Shown: positions 1 through 8,628, counted from the first letter of the stretch. The stretch: DNA of 64,000 bases from Terracidiphilus sp. (GCA_035508975.1 DATJMC010000110.1:2035-66034), one strand, 5' to 3'. Made by a program: numbers and translations. The notes: generated by a model not told the origin, from the sequence alone.

Positions 1-2
1 CA

Positions 3-218
3 CTCGCCGTTTGGCGCAAGAAAACCGACGAAGGCATTTCGCTGATCACCTTCGGTGGTTTCTGTCTGCTCCAGGTGATCGGCGTGGTGCACGGGTTTTA
101 TGAGCAGGACTACTCACTCGTGCTGGGCCTCGGCGCGAGTTTCTTGACCTGCGGAACCGCGACCGCGCTGACGATCTTCTATCGCCTGCGCCGCCTGCGC
201 GGCGAGCGAAGCTCCTGA
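3..218 (+). CDS. PQ-loop/SemiSWEET-like small membrane protein, 3' part (truncated by window start)
   Basis: Manual translation LAVWRKKTDEGISLITFGGFCLLQVIGVVHGFYEQDYSLVLGLGASFLTCGTATALTIFYRLRRLRGERSS*. The KxxxGIS followed by hydrophobic helices pattern matches the MtN3/PQ-loop family. Confidence 0.6.
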   Translation, partial: LAVWRKKTDEGISLITFGGFCLLQVIGVVHGFYEQDYSLVLGLGASFLTCGTATALTIFYRLRRLRGERSS

Positions 219-252
219 AGGGAACAGGACCGCATAAACGTGGTTTGGAAGG

Positions 253-273
253 GGCACGAGTTAAACTCGTGCC
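253..273. repeat. REP-like perfect inverted repeat between convergent genes
   Basis: GGCACGAGTT-A-AACTCGTGCC, 10-bp arms. Confidence 0.6.
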
Positions 274-392
274 GCTGAAGAGCGGAAAATTCAGACCGCT
301 GCAGCCGCACGGGGGACGTTTTCAAAGCCGTACAGTTTCTGTTTCTCTGTCTTCTATTTCCTCGTCCCCTGGTCTTTCTGTCTCGTCCGCGC

Positions 393-2000
393 TCACTTCT
401 TGCGGCGGAAATCCTGCGTGACCTTGTAGTGGCCGGGGCTGCCGATTACGGCGATAGGAATGACGGCGCCGGCGTTTTCCTTCTTGAAAAACGGGTCGAG
501 CGGCTTCAGCAGGAACGATTTGAATCCGGTGAAGGCATGCGAAATTCCCGCCTGCATCAGAAGGTTGCCGGTGAGGTGGACTGCCTGATCGTGAAAGCGG
601 AAAGTGCCTTGCAGCGTCGCCTGTGCGCCGGGAACCGCAAAGGTCAAATTGGGCGAAGAGACAACACCATCGCGAATCTGCGCCGGACCTTTGAGGGTGG
701 AGAGCGCGTCGCTGTTTGCAGCGGAAGGCTCGTCGTTGCGCGGGGATTTGCCGTCATGCGTTTGCACGCGCCGGCTGAAATCTGTGAGCGTCTTCTCCGT
801 TTTTGCATCGGTTGCGCGCTCCGTAGGCATATCGAATCCGCCGTCAACGCGCAAGCGCTTGAGGAAACCCACTCCGGGCTGCACCGGCTCGAGATGGACA
901 TGACCATGGAGCTGCACCGGGCCGGTGATCGGCACGGCGCCGTGCAGGAAGGGCCGCAACAGATCCTGCGCGCGGCCTTCGCTGATCGCGACATCAAGGT
1001 CGGTCACTTTGGGCGACCCGGTGACACCGCCACGAATTGCGATGATGGTGGCGTCACTCCGCACCTCGATGTGCTGCAGCGCGACCTCGCCCGTCTGGCC
1101 GTCGATGGCGCACTGCACACTGCCGCCCACGGGTGTCGGCGTGCCATCGTCCACCGCAAATTGCGGTGTATAGGAATCGGCTTCCGTGTTGATCGCTCGC
1201 AAGGATCCCCGAAAACGCCCATGGGATGCGAGCAGGCCGCTGATGTCGCCCACGTCGTGAAGGTTGACGGAAGAAAACGAGAAAGTTCCTGCGACCGGCG
1301 TCGCACCCAAATCGTCCGCGTTGAGCGGGCCGAAGCTACCCGAAGATACGATGTGCCCGCGCGGGATCGCATTCTCCATATCGACCATGTACTGGATCGC
1401 GCGACCCTTTTGAAAATCGCGGACGTCGAGCTCCTTGATGGGGAACGATAGTGCCTTCGTGCCCTGGCGCTCAATCTCGAGCAGCGAGTCGTGCACCTTG
1501 AGCCGCTCGATCAGCGTGTCGGGCCCGGCAAAATCTGATGCGCTGCCCGGCGGGAAGTCTTCGCGATTGGCGGGCGATCCGGGCGCCGGGATTACGATGT
1601 GGAGTTCTTGCAAATCCACCAGGCGCACCCGCGGCCGCAGGAGGAACAGGTCTCTCCAGTTGCCCTGTACGGCAAGCTGCCCCACGGTTCCCAGTGGCGC
1701 ATGCCTGGATGCTGATTTGCGCCGCAGGGTCAGGCCCTCTGCGACGAAACCCGGATGCGGAAAATACGTGCGATGATAATGCGCAATCTCAATCTGGCTC
1801 CCGAGCATGCCCTCGAGCATCGGCTTGACGATGCGGTAGCGATAGGGCCAGTGCGCATCGATCTGAAAAACTGCGAGAACTGCCAGGAGCACAAACGCGG
1901 CCCCCGGCGTCAGAAGCCAGAGGCGCGCACGGCGTCGGGTTGTGTTACCCACGGGCGCAGCCGCTAGGCGCGCTCCTGCAGGTGCGGGAGCATGGGCCAT
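393..2000 (-). CDS. AsmA-like envelope protein
   Basis: N-terminal TM anchor, long beta-rich body, C-terminal IRDGVVSSPNLTF..GTF..VHLTGNL..IPIAVIGSP pattern typical of AsmA-like C-termini. Confidence 0.7.
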   Translation of the reverse strand: MAHAPAPAGARLAAAPVGNTTRRRARLWLLTPGAAFVLLAVLAVFQIDAHWPYRYRIVKPMLEGMLGSQIEIAHYHRTYFPHPGFVAEGLTLRRKSASRHAPLGTVGQLAVQGNWRDLFLLRPRVRLVDLQELHIVIPAPGSPANREDFPPGSASDFAGPDTLIERLKVHDSLLEIERQGTKALSFPIKELDVRDFQKGRAIQYMVDMENAIPRGHIVSSGSFGPLNADDLGATPVAGTFSFSSVNLHDVGDISGLLASHGRFRGSLRAINTEADSYTPQFAVDDGTPTPVGGSVQCAIDGQTGEVALQHIEVRSDATIIAIRGGVTGSPKVTDLDVAISEGRAQDLLRPFLHGAVPITGPVQLHGHVHLEPVQPGVGFLKRLRVDGGFDMPTERATDAKTEKTLTDFSRRVQTHDGKSPRNDEPSAANSDALSTLKGPAQIRDGVVSSPNLTFAVPGAQATLQGTFRFHDQAVHLTGNLLMQAGISHAFTGFKSFLLKPLDPFFKKENAGAVIPIAVIGSPGHYKVTQDFRRKK

Positions 2001-2033
2001 CGATCGTTGCTCCGGACCCGGGTTGAAATACCG

Positions 2034-2822
2034 TTACGGAGCGGCGGCGCTCGCGTGGAACATCGACTCCGTCATCGGAATTCTGGAATTCTCCAGCGGC
2101 GATTCGTGGTGCGTGCGCACGCGGCCGCACGCTTCAGGGGTGTTCGCCATCTGCTTCAGAAAAGTTGAGTAACCGGGATAACCCGGGCGCAAGGTTGACC
2201 AGTAACTTGATCGCGTCAGCAGCGGCTTGCGCTGATTGACGAGTTGATTGTTGAGAATCTTTACCCCGCACAGAAGGTTGTTCCTCGGTTGCAGAATAGT
2301 TTTTTCCGGATCGTGCTCGGGCAGCAACTTGTCGGCGTCCCAGTCGAAATCGCAGCCATAGCGATCAGCGTCCTGGTAAGTGAGTTGTAAGAGGCCCTCG
2401 GCCCGCACCATGCGATGGGTCACCATGTCTACCACCGCCACTTCAGGCTCCGTGTGGCGCACATCGGCATTGGCGCGCAACCCTGCTTCGGCGCCCGCGA
2501 GGGCCTGAAAGAAATAAGCCCAGAAGGCGCGCTTGTCGGCCGGCGAGAGCGAGTTAAATCGCGGGCAGAAGTGTTTCACATCCTTTCCGACCCTTCGCGA
2601 AAGCAGATCGGAAGGAAGATTTTCTTCGATCATTAAGTCCCACGCGGGATCCCATGTGTCGTCATCGCCGAGTTCCGCCTTTTTCTCTGCCAGGGGCGTC
2701 GGAGGCGCCTGCTTCACAGCCGGCTCAAGGGGCGTGACGGGCGGCTGGGAATGATCCAGTTGGCCGCTCTGCGCAAAGAACAGCAGCGCCAGGCCAATCG
2801 ATAAACCCCATGTTTTCGTCAT
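2034..2822 (-). CDS. Secreted lytic transglycosylase (SLT/lysozyme-like) domain protein
   Basis: Signal-like N-terminus MTKTWGLSIGLALLFF. SLT-like motifs in order: ALAGAEAG (catalytic Glu position), GLLQL, ILQPRNNLLCGVKIL. Start chosen at ATG 2822 (2867 possible). Confidence 0.6.
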   Translation of the reverse strand: MTKTWGLSIGLALLFFAQSGQLDHSQPPVTPLEPAVKQAPPTPLAEKKAELGDDDTWDPAWDLMIEENLPSDLLSRRVGKDVKHFCPRFNSLSPADKRAFWAYFFQALAGAEAGLRANADVRHTEPEVAVVDMVTHRMVRAEGLLQLTYQDADRYGCDFDWDADKLLPEHDPEKTILQPRNNLLCGVKILNNQLVNQRKPLLTRSSYWSTLRPGYPGYSTFLKQMANTPEACGRVRTHHESPLENSRIPMTESMFHASAAAP

Positions 2823-2929
2823 CGTCGTTTTCACCTGCCTCGAAGTGTGATGCAGGTGAGAAACCATACGTGAACGATTGATAATGAATGAGTTAGAGTT
2901 CAAAAACCGAGGCAACCATTTTTGCCCAG

Positions 2930-2956
2930 TGTAAGAATTGCGCACTTCGCGCGTCA
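2930..2956 (+). promoter_or_regulatory. Candidate ECF-sigma promoter TGTAAG-N16-CGTCA
   Basis: TGTAAG 2930-2935, 16-nt spacer, CGTCA 2952-2956. It would start transcription just before the SD of the Cys-rich peptide. Confidence 0.5.
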
Positions 2957-2979
2957 GCAGATGCGAAAGGAGGAAAGCC

Positions 2980-3066
2980 ATGCAGACGGATGAAACCGTT
3001 TCTTGCCCCTGCGGCGACGAATGCCCGTGCGGCCCGGTGTGCCCCTGCCCGAAAAGCTGCGACTGA
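2980..3066 (+). CDS. 28-aa metallothionein-like peptide (7 Cys, three CPC motifs)
   Basis: AAGGAGG at 2967-2973, 6 nt before ATG 2980. Translation MQTDETVSCPCGDECPCGPVCPCPKSCD*. All Cys codons are TGC. No aromatic residues. Sits upstream of a Cys-rich ECF sigma factor. Confidence 0.8.
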   Translation: MQTDETVSCPCGDECPCGPVCPCPKSCD

Positions 3067-3082
3067 AACGAGCTCCGCTCAT

Positions 3083-3137
3083 CGAAAACAACAACAGCAG
3101 GCGAAAACAACAACAGGCAGGAGTGCGAGCTCCTGCC
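3083..3137 (+). repeat. 15-bp direct repeat plus 8-bp hairpin between the peptide gene and the sigma gene
   Basis: CGAAAACAACAACAG at 3083-3097 and 3102-3116. GGCAGGAG-tgcgag-CTCCTGCC at 3116-3137. Confidence 0.6.
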
Positions 3138-3150
3138 GCTCTTCTCACCC

Positions 3151-3705
3151 ATGCAAACCAGCACCTTGAATCCGCTGCTTGAGTTGCGCCGCCAGTTCCT
3201 GCGCTTTCTCGAGCGCCGCGTTCACGATCGCGCCGCGTCTGAAGATATTTTGCAGGCCGCCTACACACGCGCGCTCGAAAAGAGCGGCGCGCTGCGGGCC
3301 GAGGAGTCTTCCGTGGCGTGGTTCTATCGCATCTTGCGCAACGCCGTCATCGATCACTACCGTCGGCGTGCGATCGAAGACGCCGCGCTTGCGCGGTGGG
3401 CAATGGAACTGCAAACCGAAACCGCTCCGGAGCCGGCATTGGAGGAAACCGCCTGCCAGTGTATTGCCGGCGCCCTTGATGTGCTTGCGCCCGCCTACGC
3501 GGAACTACTGCGCGCCGTGGATCTGGGCGAAACTTCGCTCTCCGCCTACGCCAAGCAGCAGGGAATTACCGCCGGCAACGCCGCCGTTCGCGCCCACCGC
3601 GCCCGCGCCGCGTTGCGCAAGCAACTCATCCGCTGTTGCGGAACCTGCGCCGAGCACGGCTGCCTGGAATGCAGGTGCCGCGCACAGGTTACGGCGGTTT
3701 CGTAG
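3151..3705 (+). CDS. ECF sigma factor, CorE-like (linker CxC plus C-terminal cysteine-rich domain)
   Basis: sigma2 (SEDILQAAY..WFYRILRNAVIDHYR) and sigma4 (GITAGNAAVRAHRARAALR) regions. ACQC between them. C-terminal CCGTCAEHGCLECRC. Confidence 0.85.
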   Translation: MQTSTLNPLLELRRQFLRFLERRVHDRAASEDILQAAYTRALEKSGALRAEESSVAWFYRILRNAVIDHYRRRAIEDAALARWAMELQTETAPEPALEETACQCIAGALDVLAPAYAELLRAVDLGETSLSAYAKQQGITAGNAAVRAHRARAALRKQLIRCCGTCAEHGCLECRCRAQVTAVS

Positions 3706-3715
3706 ATTCCAGACC

Positions 3716-4948
3716 TCACCCCAGAAAAATCCCTGCGATCGAAGCGGAAATCAGGTTGGCCATCGTTCCTGCCAGCATCGCCCGCACGCCCAGCCGCGCC
3801 AAGTCGTTGCGCCGCTCCGGAACCAGTGCGCCGATCCCCCCGATCTGCATGCCGATCGATCCCAGATTCGCAAATCCGCACAGCGCGAAAGTCGCGATCG
3901 TGAAGGAGCGTGGGTCGAGCGTCGCCTTGTGCGCGCCCAGTGCGATGTAGGCGATCACTTCATTCAGCGCCATGCGCATGCCCAGCAGGTTGCCGATCAG
4001 CCCGCAGTCGTGCCACGGGACGCCGATAAGCCACGCGACCGGCGCAAAGACAAATCCGAGGATTTCGCCCAGGCTCCCGGGGATCCAGTGAAAGCCGTTG
4101 TGCATGTGGATCCAGGTGAGCAGCATGTCGAGCAGCGCAACCAGCGCCAGAAAGCTTATAAGCATGATGGCGACGTTAAGCGCAAGCTTGCCGCCATCGA
4201 TGGTGCCGCGAGCGATGGCCCCAATCAAGTTCTCGTCCTTGTGCTCCTCGGCCTCGGGGATTACTACGCGCCCCTCCGTCGCCGGGACCTCCGTTTCAGG
4301 CACCAGCATCTTCGCCATTAAAATCGTGCCCGGCGAGGTCATGATCACCGCCGACAGCAGGTGGCGCGCTTCAATGTGTTGCGCGATGTACATGGCCATG
4401 ATGCCGCCGGAGACGTGCGCCATGCCGCTGGTCATGATCGTCATCAGCTCGCTGCGCGTCGCCCGGGCAAGAAACGGCCGGATGGTGAGCGGCGCTTCCG
4501 TTTGCCCCATGAAGATCGAGGCTGCGACGTTCATGCTCTCCGCGCCCGAGATGCGCATCGTCTTCAGCATCACCCAGGCCAGCGCGCGAATGATGATCTG
4601 CATGACGCCGATGTGGTAGAGCACGGCGAAGAACGCCGAGATGAATATGATGGTCGGCAGAACCTGGAACGCGAAGATCGATCCAAGGGATGTGTCGGGC
4701 GTGCCCAGCGCTCCAAAAAGCACCTTGGTGCCCGCGGCGGTTGCGCCGAGCATGCTGTTCACCACGTCGCCGGCCCACGCCATCGCGCGCTGCCCAAAAT
4801 CGAAGCGCAGCACAAAATACGCGAAGAGCAGTTGCAGGCTGAGTCCCCACGCCACCGTGCGCCAACGGATGTGACGGCGATCCGTTGAGCCGAGCCACGC
4901 CGCCAAAAGGACAGCCAAGATTCCCAGGACGCCGGTGTATCGCGCCAA
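3716..4948 (-). CDS. nupC: NupC/CNT family nucleoside transporter
   Basis: FAFQVLPTIIF, ASIFMGQTEAPL, FALCGFANLGSIG motifs of concentrative nucleoside transporters. Confidence 0.92.
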   Translation of the reverse strand: MARYTGVLGILAVLLAAWLGSTDRRHIRWRTVAWGLSLQLLFAYFVLRFDFGQRAMAWAGDVVNSMLGATAAGTKVLFGALGTPDTSLGSIFAFQVLPTIIFISAFFAVLYHIGVMQIIIRALAWVMLKTMRISGAESMNVAASIFMGQTEAPLTIRPFLARATRSELMTIMTSGMAHVSGGIMAMYIAQHIEARHLLSAVIMTSPGTILMAKMLVPETEVPATEGRVVIPEAEEHKDENLIGAIARGTIDGGKLALNVAIMLISFLALVALLDMLLTWIHMHNGFHWIPGSLGEILGFVFAPVAWLIGVPWHDCGLIGNLLGMRMALNEVIAYIALGAHKATLDPRSFTIATFALCGFANLGSIGMQIGGIGALVPERRNDLARLGVRAMLAGTMANLISASIAGIFLG

Positions 4949-5035
4949 TCGACCTCTCCAAAAAGGCTTTGGACTACCTTATCGCATCCGGCCGCAAAGC
5001 CCGGCTATAATCTGCGCGTCTCCCCGGAGCATCGC

Positions 5036-5458
5036 ATGGACAAAACGGCTATGTATGCATTTCTTTGTCGGTCCCGCTATGGAGTCCTCTCCTATCTTTC
5101 GCCTGCGGGCACGCCGCGTTCAGCGCTCGTCGGCGTCGCAACCACGCATGAGTTCGAGATCGTCTTCGATACCGTCAAGACGTCGCGGAAGTATGGCGAT
5201 CTCCGGGAGCGTCCCTGCTGCTCGATTGTGCTATGGCCGGGAGGAGAACAGACCGTACAACTCGAGGGAACTGCCTTCGAACCCGAAGGCGCGGATCGGG
5301 AGGGGTATCGCGAAGCCTATTTCGCTGTCTGGCCCGACGGGCGTCATCGCCTCTCCTGGCCGGGCCTCACGCATTTTGTCGTGCGCCCCCGTTGGATACG
5401 GTGCGTCGATTACGACCGGTCGCCTCCGCTGATCGAAGAAGTCAGGTTTCCTGGATAA
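5036..5458 (+). CDS. Pyridoxamine 5'-phosphate oxidase-like FMN-binding split-barrel protein
   Basis: GVLSYLSPAGTPRSALVG..FDT..SRKYGDLRERP..VQLEG pattern. Confidence 0.75.
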   Translation: MDKTAMYAFLCRSRYGVLSYLSPAGTPRSALVGVATTHEFEIVFDTVKTSRKYGDLRERPCCSIVLWPGGEQTVQLEGTAFEPEGADREGYREAYFAVWPDGRHRLSWPGLTHFVVRPRWIRCVDYDRSPPLIEEVRFPG

Positions 5459-5466
5459 ACGGCTCG

Positions 5467-6573
5467 CTAGCTCACTTCGTAGACAGGAGCGGGATTCGCT
5501 TTCGCCTGGAGCTTCGAGACCCATTTGCGACCGAAGACCTGGATAGGCCGCTCGACGAGGAAATGCGAGGCGCTTCCGAGTCCAATGACGATCGCAAAAC
5601 ACTCCAGGTGGAATTTGTCGTGCCCGAGACGCTGAACCAGGGCAATGGCCACGAATCCCCACAGGTAGACGCTGTACGAAATCCGGCCAAGATACTCAGC
5701 GACGGGATTGTCCAGCAAACGCCATTCGTAGGTCGCCGCGTGCAGCACAACGATCGCGCAGAAAGGAATGCTGAGTGGAACGCCCCAGATCAATTGAGCT
5801 TCGCGCGGCAGTTGTCCGATGGCGAGAAGGGCGACCACTGCGACAGGCATCAAGGCCGGATGCAGAACCCAGCGGGGCAGCTTGCGCGGCCAATACCAGA
5901 GAAGCAGGGCCAGCGCGCATCCGATCAGAGCCGCGCAGGAAGCGCACTCCGTGGCCAGCTCTGCGTACACGGGATGGCCGCCGAATCCCACCCCGAGGCG
6001 CCATGCCAGCTCGATGCCTGCGGCGATCAGGCATCCTCGCAGGAGCTTCCGCCGGTTTTGGAAGAAGACGAAAACTTGCGGCCAGATCAAATAGAAATGC
6101 TCCTCAACAGCCAGCGACCAGATTTGTCCCAGGCTGCCAAGGCGGTCGTTGCCGAAGATGAGGGAGTAGTAGTTCGCAAAATAGAGCGCGGCTGCGACCG
6201 TCCCGTCCCTGGTCACCGGGGGAATTGTGGTGAGATTCTGCCAGACGAGGAGAAGGAGCAATCCGGGAAGGAGCCGAATTGCGCGCCTCCAATAGAATGC
6301 GGCACGGTTCACGCTGCCATCGCGCTCCTCTTCCTTGAGCAGGAGCCACGTGATGAGGAAGCCGGAGATCAGAAAAAAGATCTGCACTGACAACCGGCCT
6401 GCGAAGAAGCGTCCGAGGAAGTCTTGGCGGTTGATCAGCTGGTCGTGCATGCCCACGACGACGAGGGCCGCGATTCCGCGAACCCCATCGAGTCCGGGAA
6501 TCTTTTTCCGGCGCAGATTTGTGAGCAAGCGTTCGCGGGGATCAGCTTGGTCCCCAAAGCGGATGGCCACCAT
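5467..6573 (-). CDS. OafA/acyltransferase-3 family membrane O-acyltransferase
   Basis: LDGVRGIAAL, FFLISGFLIT, FYWRRAIRLLP, WSLAVEEHFY, LGRISYSVYL. Confidence 0.9.
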   Translation of the reverse strand: MVAIRFGDQADPRERLLTNLRRKKIPGLDGVRGIAALVVVGMHDQLINRQDFLGRFFAGRLSVQIFFLISGFLITWLLLKEEERDGSVNRAAFYWRRAIRLLPGLLLLLVWQNLTTIPPVTRDGTVAAALYFANYYSLIFGNDRLGSLGQIWSLAVEEHFYLIWPQVFVFFQNRRKLLRGCLIAAGIELAWRLGVGFGGHPVYAELATECASCAALIGCALALLLWYWPRKLPRWVLHPALMPVAVVALLAIGQLPREAQLIWGVPLSIPFCAIVVLHAATYEWRLLDNPVAEYLGRISYSVYLWGFVAIALVQRLGHDKFHLECFAIVIGLGSASHFLVERPIQVFGRKWVSKLQAKANPAPVYEVS

Positions 6574-6765
6574 GCAAGTCCTTTAGTGTTCTTTTAGGTT
6601 CTACAGATATAAGGGGATCGTCGTTGTATGTTTCTCTTTTTTAGCCCTGTAACGGATCCAATGCAAGCGAAGACGCGATAGAGCGCCTGCCCCAAAAGTG
6701 GGATCGACAAAGCAAGGGATGGGGCCTGTTGCCCGACCCTCGCGAATCGATCCGGCCCCGAGGCT

Positions 6766-8184
6766 TTAATCGCGCGCCGTAGCGGCTGCCAGATGCGACT
6801 CTGCCTCGGACCGGGTGAAGACCCGGCTGATCAGGGGCACTGCCGGTGGGGCCTCTGCGGACCATTGAATCGCATCGCGGATCAGATGCTCCGGTTCGTC
6901 AAGCAACTTCGCGCTGGTTGCGTAGAGGGTCGCGAAAGACGCCCCGCGCTTGACTCGCTCTCCTCGCTTGACGTGAAAGACGATGCCTGCGTGGGGATCG
7001 ACGGGCTCGCCGGCTTTCTCGCGGCCCGCGCCCAGACGCTGCACGGCCCAGCCCAGCGCGGTCGTGTCCATGGCGGCAACATAGCCGCTCGTCCATGCCG
7101 GCACCACCCTCGTTGCCCGCGGGCGATGGAATTTCTGCGGGTCGTCGAAAACGCGGATATCTCCTCCCTGCGCATCGACCATCTTCAGAAATCTAGCCAG
7201 GCCGGTTCCGTCAACCAGCGCCGCTTCCGCAAGCTGATAGCCCCTGGCCGGTGTCGTGGCTTTACCGCCGAGATGAATCATCCAGCCGGCAAGCTGCAAG
7301 GAGAGCTCGCGCAGATCCTCGCAGCCCGCCGGGCGCTCGCCGCGCAGCAACCCGACGCACTCGGCAATCTCGATCCAGTTGCCCGCCGCGCGGCCCAGGG
7401 GCTGGCTCATGTCGGTAAGCAGCGCGGCCGTCCGCGTCCCGGCCGCTTCAGCCGTTGCGACCATCAGCGCCGCAAGATACTCGGCATCCTCGCGCTTTTT
7501 CAGGAATGCGCCTGACCCGGTCTTCACGTCCAGCACCAGGGCATTCAATCCCGCCGCCAGTTTCTTGCTCAGGATCGACGCGCAGATCAACCCCGAATTC
7601 TCGACCGTTCCGGTGCGATCGCGCAGCGCGTACAAGACGCGGTCCGCCGGAACCAGTTTTGGTGTCTGGCTAACGATCGATGCCCCGCATCGCTTGAGGA
7701 CGCGCTCGAACTTGGCCAGCGTCAGTTCCGTCCGGTATCCCGGGATCGACTCCAGCTTGTCGAGCGTCCCGCCGGTGTGGCCCAGCGCCCGCCCGCTGAT
7801 CATGGGTACGGCGACACCGCAGGCCGCCGCCAGCGGGGCGACAAGAAAACTGGTCTTGTCGCCCACGCCGCCAGTCGAATGCTTGTCGACCGCCGTCTTG
7901 CGCAGCGGTTTGGGATCGAACTTCTCGCCCGAATCCCGCATGGCGAGGGTTAGCGCCCGGGTTTCTTGTAGAGAGAGCCCGCGAATCCACGCCGCCATCA
8001 GCCACGCGGCAAGCTGCTCGGCCGGGATCGACTCGCGGGCTGCGCCGCTTGCGATGCAGGCGAGCTCTCGCGCATCGAGCTCGACGCCGTCCCGCTTCTT
8101 GCGGATCAGGTCGATCATATGAATCGCAGCAACGTTTTCACTGCGCGCCTTTACGGTTTTTTTGCCGACTTTGCTTTTTGCCAC
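6766..8184 (-). CDS. pdp: Thymidine/pyrimidine-nucleoside phosphorylase
   Basis: DKHSTGGVGDK, SGRALGHTGGTLDKLESIPG, LDVKTGSGAF. Confidence 0.93.
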   Translation of the reverse strand: MAKSKVGKKTVKARSENVAAIHMIDLIRKKRDGVELDARELACIASGAARESIPAEQLAAWLMAAWIRGLSLQETRALTLAMRDSGEKFDPKPLRKTAVDKHSTGGVGDKTSFLVAPLAAACGVAVPMISGRALGHTGGTLDKLESIPGYRTELTLAKFERVLKRCGASIVSQTPKLVPADRVLYALRDRTGTVENSGLICASILSKKLAAGLNALVLDVKTGSGAFLKKREDAEYLAALMVATAEAAGTRTAALLTDMSQPLGRAAGNWIEIAECVGLLRGERPAGCEDLRELSLQLAGWMIHLGGKATTPARGYQLAEAALVDGTGLARFLKMVDAQGGDIRVFDDPQKFHRPRATRVVPAWTSGYVAAMDTTALGWAVQRLGAGREKAGEPVDPHAGIVFHVKRGERVKRGASFATLYATSAKLLDEPEHLIRDAIQWSAEAPPAVPLISRVFTRSEAESHLAAATARD

Positions 8185-8628
8185 TTACTCGCTCCGCGAA
8201 CCGCCTGTTGTCTTTTTTTTCAGTTGCATCTCGAAGGCCAGAGGCAGGACCTCGGAAAACGGCATCACCCGAATCCCGTCCCGCGCAGGAAAGGCAACCG
8301 GCGCATCGGGCTCGATAAACTCCGCCAAAACCTGCCGGCACGCTCCACAAGGTGGGCTGGCCGCGTTGTTCAGGTTCACGATGGCCGCGGCGGTGACACG
8401 GACCTTGGGTCCGAAACGCGAGATCGCCGTTCCCAGCGCTGCGCGCTCAGCACAGATCGTCAGGCCGTAGCTCACGTTCTCCACGTTGGTCCCGGTCACA
8501 ATCTCGCCGCTGGCGAGCCGCAGCGCGGCCCCGACTTTGAAACCCGAATAGGGCGAGTAGGATTTCCGCGCCGCGGAGCGCGCCAGTTTGAGCAGGACCT
8601 TAAGGTCTCGAGGGTGCGGATCGGTCAT
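8185..8628 (-). CDS. cdd: Cytidine deaminase
   Basis: YSPYSGFKVGAA, CAER, PCGACRQ zinc motifs. Confidence 0.95.
   Translation of the reverse strand: MTDPHPRDLKVLLKLARSAARKSYSPYSGFKVGAALRLASGEIVTGTNVENVSYGLTICAERAALGTAISRFGPKVRVTAAAIVNLNNAASPPCGACRQVLAEFIEPDAPVAFPARDGIRVMPFSEVLPLAFEMQLKKKTTGGSRSE

Noticed and set aside
2823-3164. N-terminal extension of ORF 2034..3164
   Set aside because: It runs antisense over the Cys-rich peptide gene, its promoter and the sigma start. The signal peptide only begins at about 2822.
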